The notes beneath the pieces were generated by a model. It had not been told where the DNA came from. It worked only from the letters and a program-made list of their open reading frames with translations, and did not search any database. This document shows, in pieces, positions 52,846 to 61,569 of a stretch of DNA of 61,569 nucleotides. The DNA comes from Octopus sinensis (lineage: Eukaryota), in assembly GCF_006345805.1 (NCBI RefSeq), contig NW_021834006.1, forward strand, positions 1-61,569, read 5' to 3'. The translations under genes were made by a program, and so were the position numbers. Position 1 is the stretch's first letter. Each line of letters starts with the position of its first letter.

Positions 52846-53425
52846 AAAGGCTTAGTAAAATAAATTACTTTGCCGCATACTGAACTCATTAGAAATAGCA
52901 GCCAAAAAACTTTTTTAAAGCTATTTCTAATACTTAAAGAAAATCTCTCTCATATATGTGTTTGGCTTATTCAACTCAAAAAGTGTGGGGTAAGGACATC
53001 GAAAAATCAAATGCTAAGGTTATTCGAGACGTACGTTTCAAGATTAGTCAAAAACAACATTTCTATCATCGGCTCAGAAATTCCTTGGTTTGGTTTGGAA
53101 ACACTGAAAATAAGAACATACCCTTTCGAAGATGTATGTTCGAAAGGTGGTTGTTCTTATTTCAGTGTTTCCAATCAAAACCAGGAATTTCTGAGCCGAT
53201 GATAGAAATGTTGTTTTGACTAATTGAAAACGTACGTTCTCGAATAACCTTAGCATTTGATTTTCGATGTCCTTACCCCAAACTTTTGTGAGTTGAATTA
53301 AGCAAACACTATATATGAGAGAGATTTTCTTAAGTATTAGAATAGCTTTAAAAAAGTTTTTTTGCTGCTATTTCTAATAATTCAGTATGCGGCAAAGTAA
53401 TTTATTTTACTAAGCCCTTTTATAT
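52841..53425. mobile_element. 585-bp near-perfect palindrome (foldback/MITE-like)
   Basis: Arms ATATAAAAGGCTTAGTAAAATAAATTACTTTGCCG.. / ..CGGCAAAGTAATTTATTTTACTAAGCCCTTTTATAT; centre at about 53134. Confidence 0.85.
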
Positions 53426-53554
53426 CATGTAATAATTGAATTCGCCTTGAAGGTCCCTTTGCATACTGAACACTTGGTGAAATTGATAATAATTATTAAT
53501 TGCCCTCAATTGTTGAAATATATATATATATATATATACACACGTAGATATGTA

Positions 53555-53769
53555 TACTCTTTACTCTTCAACTTTTTTCAATCATTTGACTGCGGCCATG
53601 CTAGAGCACCACCATTTTTAGTCGAGCAAATCGACCCCAGGACTCATTCTTTGGAAGCCTTGTACTTATTCTATCGGTATCTTTTGCCGAACCGCTGAGT
53701 TACGGGGACGTAAACACACCACCATCGGCTGTCAAGCGATGTTGGGGGGGGACAAACACAGACACACAA

Positions 53770-53827
<58 letters not shown>

Positions 53828-53996
53828 GTATATACGACGGGCTTCTTTCAGTTTCCGTCTACCAAATCCACTTAGAAGATTTGGTCGGCCCGAGGCTATA
53901 GTAGAATACACTTGCCCAAGGTGCCACGCAGTGGGACTGAACCCAGAACCATGTGGTTGGAAAGCAAGCTACTTACTACCCAGTCACTCCTGCGCC
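53555..53996 (-). mobile_element. SINE family A, full length
   Basis: Colinear with the consensus. Confidence 0.92.
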
Positions 53997-55929
53997 TATA
54001 TGTATATGTAGTAAATATATATACTTGCGTGTATTTTTATATACCACAAGGTGTCTTTATGTGAGCATATGCATATGAAGTAGATACGTAGATGTGTGTA
54101 TGTGTATATATGATAGGATATGTTATATGTGTCTAAATGCATGTATATATATATATATTATATATATTATATATTATATATATATATATATATGCATAGA
54201 GAACTAAGTCCTTCTCTTGTTGTTTGTCATCTCTTTGTCTTATATATTTATGTATACACACACGTATACATATATCTACATACTTACATAGATGCATATA
54301 TACATACCTACATACATGATTGTATTTGTATATATACATGCATGCATACCTACATGGATACATATATATATATACATACATGTGTGTGTAAAGGAAAGGT
54401 AGAAATAATCCGTGTCTATATGGTTAATAGATAATGGAGAACGTAGGTGGAAAATTGGTAAAAAGAGACGGAGGGGGGAGATGTGAAAGTATAGAAGTTT
54501 ATGAAGCAGAGAAAGAGAGAGAGAGAGAGAGAGAAGAGAAAGAAAGAGAGTAGAGAAAGAGAGAGAAAGAGAATGAGGAGGATGAGCGAGAGAATCGTGT
54601 ATTCTTTTAGAGGAGATGACAAAGAAGGAAAGAAAGAAAGAATGTCATAATAAGGGAAGAAAACAAAAGAGAAGAAAGAAGGCCAAAATTTTGAAATGGA
54701 AAAGAAACGGGTAATCATTCCTTAAATAAATTGAAACATAACAAGATTTAAAACAAAAATCAGATTCAACTTATTTTTTCCCATTATTAAGCAAACGAGG
54801 AGTTCAGTTTACGATGCATCGGCAGATTTCAGACAATATCCTACTAAGAAGACTGATTCAAAGATGTGAGTTTGGAATGAGAACTGTAAATATGAAAAAA
54901 AAAATGTTTAAAGTACTTTAAAGAACTTAAACATTTTTTCTTATAATTTAAAATCCATTTCACGTAAATCAGAAGAATGAATAATTGGATAGAATAAGCT
55001 AATACTGTTTTGGTGACTGCACGTGAGAATCGCCTCATTTCTAGAATTTAACAAGTTGAATGAAAAGAGACATCAATTTTTTAAATAATCAGAGACAAAC
55101 ATGTAGCAAGTATTAATCTTTCAGAATACGGTTGTGCAAATTCAAACATTGGCTTCGATATCATAAATTTTGCGGTACCTTCATCTTTAAGTTTCCAGAT
55201 ACACTGTGATAGAGGTGTAGTATTTCTTTTCTGTGTGTCTCTAAAAGAATACATATGTTGTTTGTATCTGTTCTTACTTTATGCGATATCTAAATAAATT
55301 AGTTCGCTACATTCTCTTAACTTCACTTAAACACAATAAGCCAACTCCTTGCAAAGACATTTGTTATCAGGTAAACATCAGTTAATGCTGCCACAATTAC
55401 AGTGCGGTTAATTACATAGCGCAAAGCTGTTATATCTTCAAGACGTGTCAGAAATCCAATTATTTAAATTGCTTGTGCCCTGCAGCTAGCTTTCAATGAG
55501 CTCGTGTTAAAGACTTTATAGTGCATATGATCAACGGGAAAATACATCTGCACGAGGCTTAAAAGTGATTTTACAATATTAGATACTACACCCACGCTAA
55601 CTGGAGGCTTATACAGATAATATCATGTTGGTGTGGGTTTTTTAAGACTATGTAAGATGTTAAGTGGGATGTATTATATTTCTTCAATGTTTTAATGTAA
55701 TATTATTGTAGGATAAAGCACAAGTAATCACTTCATCATATAAAAGTTTACAAACGCTATAGCTAGAAATATAGCGCATTGGCTGAAGGATTTACCAGTA
55801 CATAGAAATTCTTCCTTTGCTCTCCTAGATGGGTAATACTAATGTAATGTCAGAAAATTATCTCCACTGATATTTGTACTAATTGTTATACTTATGTGAG
55901 ACTCTTTAAATACACAAATTTTAGTAAAT

Positions 55930-56295
55930 TTTGATCCTTTCACCCGAACAGTTTTCACTAACTTAAAACAAAATTCGGATTTATTGCATGGAATCAAGTA
56001 CCCTGACCTCCTAATATGCAGCAAACCCCTTATTTTTGTTCGAAAAAAAAATGAGTGGGTGGGAGACTGCCCCACTTCCATATCCCGAAATCATTAGAAT
56101 TTTTTTTTTTCATTGAATGAATTCCGGTGATCTCCTAATATGCTACAAAACCCTTTCTTGGGCCCAGAATACGAGTTGGGGTGGAGTGGAAGCCTCGGAT
56201 ATTTCACTCATATTAGGTTGTCAGGGTACGTAACTCCATGCAAAAATCCAAGTTTTTTTTTTCTTAGTGAAAATCGTGCAGGTGAAAGACTCAGA
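55930..56295. mobile_element. Old MITE/foldback with ~90-bp diverged inverted repeats
   Basis: GGATTTATTGCATGGAATCAAGTACCCTGACCTCCTAATATG versus CATATTAGGTTGTCAGGGTACGTAACTCCATGCAAAAATCC; internal direct repeat CTCCTAATATGC. Confidence 0.7.
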
Positions 56296-57062
56296 TAATA
56301 CCCAAATATTTTTTCCTAAATACGCGTATATCAGAAAATTCATATTGCTAGACATCACCAGACCATCATCTCTATAAAAGCCTCTCTATAAAGTGAATCT
56401 AACTTATACAATCATATTAGCTCAAAAACTACAGCCCCATCACATGAGCCTATGACCACATCAAACAGCTCATGGTCATTATGTTGTTTTCAAGGGTGGA
56501 AGAATGGTTTCACGGAAGGGACTGAGCTTATATTCTTGCAGTCTCTGAGAATGCTTGCACCTGCGAAGACTCCATCAATGACATCCACGAGCCAGGTTGC
56601 AGTGTTAAATCAGTCGATAGATTAAGCCTACGACATTGGGAATTCAACGTTGTCTAGTTTAGATGACAAATAAAAGAAAGATAGAGAGTGGGAGAGAGGG
56701 AGAGGAAAAGAAAGGCAGACAGACAGGCAAGCAGAAAGCAAGAGAGAAAGTGAGAAAGAGAGTGGCAGACAGTCAGACCAAACTGTTATACACAGACAGA
56801 GAGGGAAAAAGTACTGTCTGCGAGTTAATCAATTGCCAGGCGCCATCTATTTGATACATTGTAGCTAAGGAGGTGAAATCAATTTCATTGCTTGCCACAT
56901 TAAGTTCAGATATAATGGGGAAACCACAATAATAATATTTGTGACGGATAAGTATTTCCTCATTGACAAAAAAGGCGTTTCACTGTTGTTTACCATCTCT
57001 AGTAGAAGTTTAAACTCCCCGTAATCGTTGCATTTCATTCACAAATGGCCATATAACAAACT

Positions 57063-57537
57063 TCCTGTTTCTTTATTACCCACAAGGGGCTAAACACAGA
57101 AGGGACAAACAAGGACAGACAAACGGATTAAGTCGATTATATCGACCCCAGTGCGTAACTGGTATTTAATTTATCGGCGAGCTGGCAGAAGCGTTAGCAT
57201 GCCGGGCGAAGTGCTTACCGGTAATTCGTCTGCCGTTACGTTCTGAGTTCAAATTCCGCCGAGGTCGACTTTGCCTTTCATCCTTTCGGGGTCGATAAAT
57301 TAAGTACCAGTTACGTACTGGGGTCGATATAATCGATAATCGATTTAATCCGTTTGTCCCCTCTGTGTTTAGCCCATTGTGGGTAGTAAAGAAATAGGTA
57401 TTTAATTTATCGACCCCGAAAGGATGAAAGGCAAAGTTGACCTCAGCGGAATTTGAACTCAGAACGAAATAGCGGCAGACGAAATACGGCTACGCATTTC
57501 GCCCGGCGTGTTAACGTTTCTGCCAGCTCGCCGTCTT
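57063..57537 (-). mobile_element. SINE family B (host copy)
   Basis: Complete once the nested copy and one TSD are removed. Confidence 0.93.
57177..57396 (+). mobile_element. SINE family B nested antisense in another B
   Basis: 16-bp TSD GGTATTTAATTTATCG (57161-57176, 57397-57412). Confidence 0.95.
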
Positions 57538-57629
57538 AATTTGATTCCAATGTAGAGCAAGTTGGCCAAAGATACTTCCATATTAGTTTTAGTCTGAGCT
57601 CAGCCTTATTAATAAAACTGGGCAGATAG

Positions 57630-57739
<110 letters not shown>

Positions 57740-58517
57740 TGCGCCTACCCGCGTGAGTGTGTCTATGACTATAGGATGATGGCTATATGGTTATGTTTTA
57801 TATAACAGGGTGTGGTAGTCTTAATGCATCACCCAGTTTAACAGCACCTCCAAAGTTTTGAATACTTTCAGTAGACTCTATCAGCTACAAAATAAGTACA
57901 ATGAGGTGGTGCAGTTTGGCGATGACCCACTGAGTCTAACAATTCAACATTGTACTCGATCCATCTGATTAGATATCGGAATAGAATTCACTGCTTCGCC
58001 TGGTGTATTCAGTCGTTTAATGTTGTGCTCAGTCCGTCTGGATGACAAAAGGTGCCATGAAATGGGACAGCCCACACTTTTACAGAGTCCACCTGGCTGT
58101 CAGTAGGGTTCATGAACAGGAACCGTATACCATAGCACCCACTCCACGTAATTGTCAATATGGTAAGCTGTTCATCTGGCTGCCAATAAGCATAATCCTT
58201 TCTCCATAAACACATATATAAACGTACACGCACGCACGCGCGCACACACACACAAACACACACACACACATACATATATACATATGTATAAAATCAAAAT
58301 AAGCAAGAAGGATATCCAGAGGTAATGCAGTACGATCGTTTCGTGCAACTCCATTTAATTTAAGAATGCAATCATTTCATCAATTTAAATGCAGAGCAAT
58401 CTTCCTTTTATATATATATATATATTTATAATATATATATATGTAATATAATATGATATGATATATATATAATATATATTTATAATATATATATAATATA
58501 ATATAATATATATAATA

Positions 58518-58855
58518 GTGAAGGCACATGGCTCAGTGGTTAGAGCGTCGAGCTTACGATCGTGAGGTTGTGAGCTCGAATCTCGGACCGGGCTGCGTGT
58601 TGTGTTCTTGAGCAAGACACTTTATTTCACGTTGCTCCAGTTCGTTCAGCTGTAGAAATGAGTTGCGACGTCACAGGTGCCAAGCTCTATCGACCTTTGT
58701 CTTTCCCTTGGATAACACTGGTGGCGTAGAGAGGGGAGGCTGGTATGCATGGGCGACTGTTGGTCTTCCATAAACCACCTTGCCCAGACTTGTGACTAGG
58801 AGGGTAACTTTCTAGTTGCAATCCCATGGTCAGTGTCGTGACCGAAGGGGGTCCT
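58518..58855 (+). mobile_element. SINE family D (tRNA head, CORE/V-like central motif)
   Basis: TGGCTCAGTGGTTAGAGCG (A box), GAGCTCGAATCTC (B box), then GTGTTCTTGAGCAAGACACTT. Confidence 0.8.
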
Positions 58856-59858
58856 CCACCCCCGATATATATAAATAATATATGAATATATGCATATATG
58901 CATACATATATGTGTACATATGCATGCATATATGGGTACACGACATCAAAAACGTGAACAAAATGAGAAACGAGAACATAAAAAACCAAAACATAGGAAA
59001 CGAAAGTTTTTGAACAACGAAAGAAACAAATAGAGAACATACACATATATATCTTCATGTACAAATACATGCATAGATGCATACATACATACATGCACAG
59101 AGGCATGCATACATACATACATACACATACATACACACACATACATACATACATACATACATTCATACATACATATAAACATACATACATACATACATAC
59201 AGGCATACATACATACACATACATACATACATACATACAGGCATACATACATACACGTACATACATATATACATACATACATACAAACATACATACATAC
59301 ATATATACATACATACATACATCTGTATGCATGTATGTAAAACTTACCAGAGGTTTATCATTTAAATATATATGAGCATGTCCAGATATGCAATTATATG
59401 CATGAGAAGACATACATAAAACAAAACATACAAATCTGCACACATACATACATACATACATACACATACATACATACATACATACATACTACATACATAC
59501 ATACATACATACATGCATACATACATACTTTGTTGATGATGATGAAATTCCAATGAAAGAGCTTTGGATCTAGGTTAGCAACCGACTCTTTCTCTATTGG
59601 CAAAAAACCTTGAAATAAAATTGAATAATGACATACATACTTCTGTAAAAATGCTTTCACCCACACACACACAGAAACATATATACACACACACCCTCAC
59701 CATCAACGGTCAATCACCTTTTCCATTCAATTTTAAATATCATCCACCCCATTGCCGTCTGGTCAGCTTAAAAGGTTTATTTGATTATTGGCCTAATAAC
59801 ATTCTTTACACCATTTAAAGCAATTTATAAACCGTTGTAATGCTCCAAATAGTCACTT

Positions 59859-59896
59859 CTGTCTGACGATCGATTACGTGAAAATCGCGGTAACAG
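59859..59896 (+). ncRNA. Hammerhead-like motif, same family as 34109
   Basis: CUGU-CUGACGA-UCG-AUUA-CGU-GAAA-AUCGCG-GUA-ACAG; intact core, mismatched stems II and III. Confidence 0.5.
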
Positions 59897-59919
59897 TTTT
59901 GTGAAGTTTTTCAGTTTCA

Positions 59920-59970
59920 GTGTGCATGTATATATGTGAATGTATGTATGTATGTATGTATGTATGTATG

Positions 59971-60001
<31 letters not shown>

Positions 60002-60420
60002 GTAAGTATGTATGTATGTATGTGTGTATGTGTGTATGTATGTATGTATGTATGCATGTATGTATGTATGCATGCCTCTATGCATGTATGTATGTATGTA
60101 TTTATATATGTATGTATGTATTTATATATGTACGTATGTATGTATGTATGTATGTATGTATGTATGTATGTATGTATGTACGTGTGTATGTATGTGTGTG
60201 TATGTATGTATGTATGTATGTATGTATGTGTGTGTATGTATGTGTATGTATGTGTGTATGTACGTATGTATGCATGTACGTACGTATGTATGTATGTATA
60301 TACGCGTGTGTGTGTATGTAAGTATTTATGTATGTATGTATGTATGTATGTATGTATGTATGTATGTATGTATGTATGTGTGTATGTATGTATGTATGTA
60401 TGTATGTATGTATGTATGTG
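59920..60420. repeat. (ATGT)n array; (ATAC)n array at 59055-59530
   Basis: Directly visible. Confidence 0.95.
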
Positions 60421-60459
60421 CATAATCTATCTATCCATATTCTTTTATTCTTTCTTTCT

Positions 60460-60780
60460 TTTACGTGTGTCAGTCATTTGACTGCGGCCATGCCACAGCA
60501 CCGCCTTAAAGGGTTTTTCCAGTCGAAGAAGTCGCCACCAGGAACTATTCTTTGTAAGCCTAGTACTTACTCTATTGGTGTCTTTTGCCGAACCGCAAAA
60601 TTACGAGGACGTAAACACACCAACATCGGTTGTCAAGTGCTGTTGGGGGGGGACAACATAGACACAAAGAAGCAGACATATATACATATATATGTATATC
60701 TGTATGTACGTAATGTAATGTATGTATGTATGTATGTCTGTTTGTATGTATATTTATACATATGACGGGCTTCTTTCAGT
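60460..60780 (-). mobile_element. SINE family A, 5'-truncated
   Basis: Tail half plus microsatellite only. Confidence 0.85.
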
Positions 60781-60864
60781 GTTCCTCCATAATACGCGGA
60801 TTCTCAAGTCTTCAGGATGTGCAACTGTGGCAGTTAATTGAACCATTTAATATAAATATGGCCG

Positions 60865-61569
60865 TAAGTCGATGAACTGGATGAAGCGTTAGGATGCCGG
60901 GTAAAATGCTTGTCGACAATTCGTCCGTCTTTACGTTCTGAGTTCAAATTCTGCAGAGGTCGACTTTGCCTTTCATTCTTTTGGCGTCAATAAAATACGT
61001 ACCAGCTGAACACTGAGGTCGATGTAACCGACTTGGCCCCTCCCCTAAAATTGCTGGCCTTGTACCAAAATTTGAAATCAATATAAATATAGCAATAAGG
61101 CGGCGAGCTGGCAGAAACGTTAGCACGCCGGGCGAAATGCTTAGCGGTATTTTGTCTGCCGCTACGTTCTGAGTTCAAATTCCGCCGAGGTCGACTTTGC
61201 TTTTCATCCTTTCGAAGTCGATAAATTAAGTACCAGTTACGCACTGGGGTCGTTTGTCTGTCCTTGTTTGTCCTCTCTGTATTTAGCCCCTGTGAGTAGT
61301 AAAGAAATAGGTATTTCGTCTGCCGTTACGTTCTGAGTTCAAATTCCGCCGAGGTAGACTTTGCCTGTCATCCTTTCGGGGTCGATTAAATAAGTACCAG
61401 TTACGCACTGAGGTCCATGTAATCAACTTAATCCCCTTGTCTGTCCTTGTTTGTCCCTTCTGTGTTTAGCCCCTTGTGGGCAATAAAGAAATAAGAATCG
61501 TTAGCACGCCAGGAAAATTGCTTTGTGGCATTTCGTCCGACGTTTACGTTCTGCGTTCAAAATCCCGCC
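60865..61569 (+). mobile_element. SINE B cluster: old copy (60865-61085) plus a three-unit concatemer (61097 to window end)
   Basis: Junctions at about 61310 and 61493. Confidence 0.92.

Noticed and set aside
57806-58200. Possible Tc1 relic (CAGGGTG end, MNPTD-like motif)
   Set aside because: Too degraded to support by eye.

Overview
AT-rich, extremely microsatellite-dense eukaryotic non-coding DNA. The SINE repertoire and (TA)/(CA)/(ATAC)/(GATA)/(AAT)/(CAT) load look like an octopus (coleoid cephalopod) genome; this is inference. I found no intact protein-coding gene, and nearly all ORFs in the track are translated microsatellites or SINEs. The window holds four tRNA-headed SINE families (A about 12 copies, B about 15 pieces, C 5 copies with three different tails, D 1 copy). 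It also holds decayed LINEs (CR1-like, R4/Dong-like RLE, L1/Tx1-like, RTE-like), a Penelope-like fragment, mariner and DD37D-type transposase relics, three non-autonomous Helitrons, MITEs and large palindromes. The most notable item is a 2.3-copy, about 395-bp tandem array (11572-12490) in which each full unit carries a type-I hammerhead ribozyme motif, predicting a 396-nt retrozyme-like RNA monomer; seven further hammerhead-like motifs are scattered through the window. Also notable are a (G)GTAT target bias of SINE B that drives self-nesting, a LINE/SINE pair sharing a 3' hairpin tail, and a speculative chain of symmetric micro-exons on the minus strand. All alignments and folds were done by eye, so element ends are approximate unless a TSD or terminal motif is quoted.
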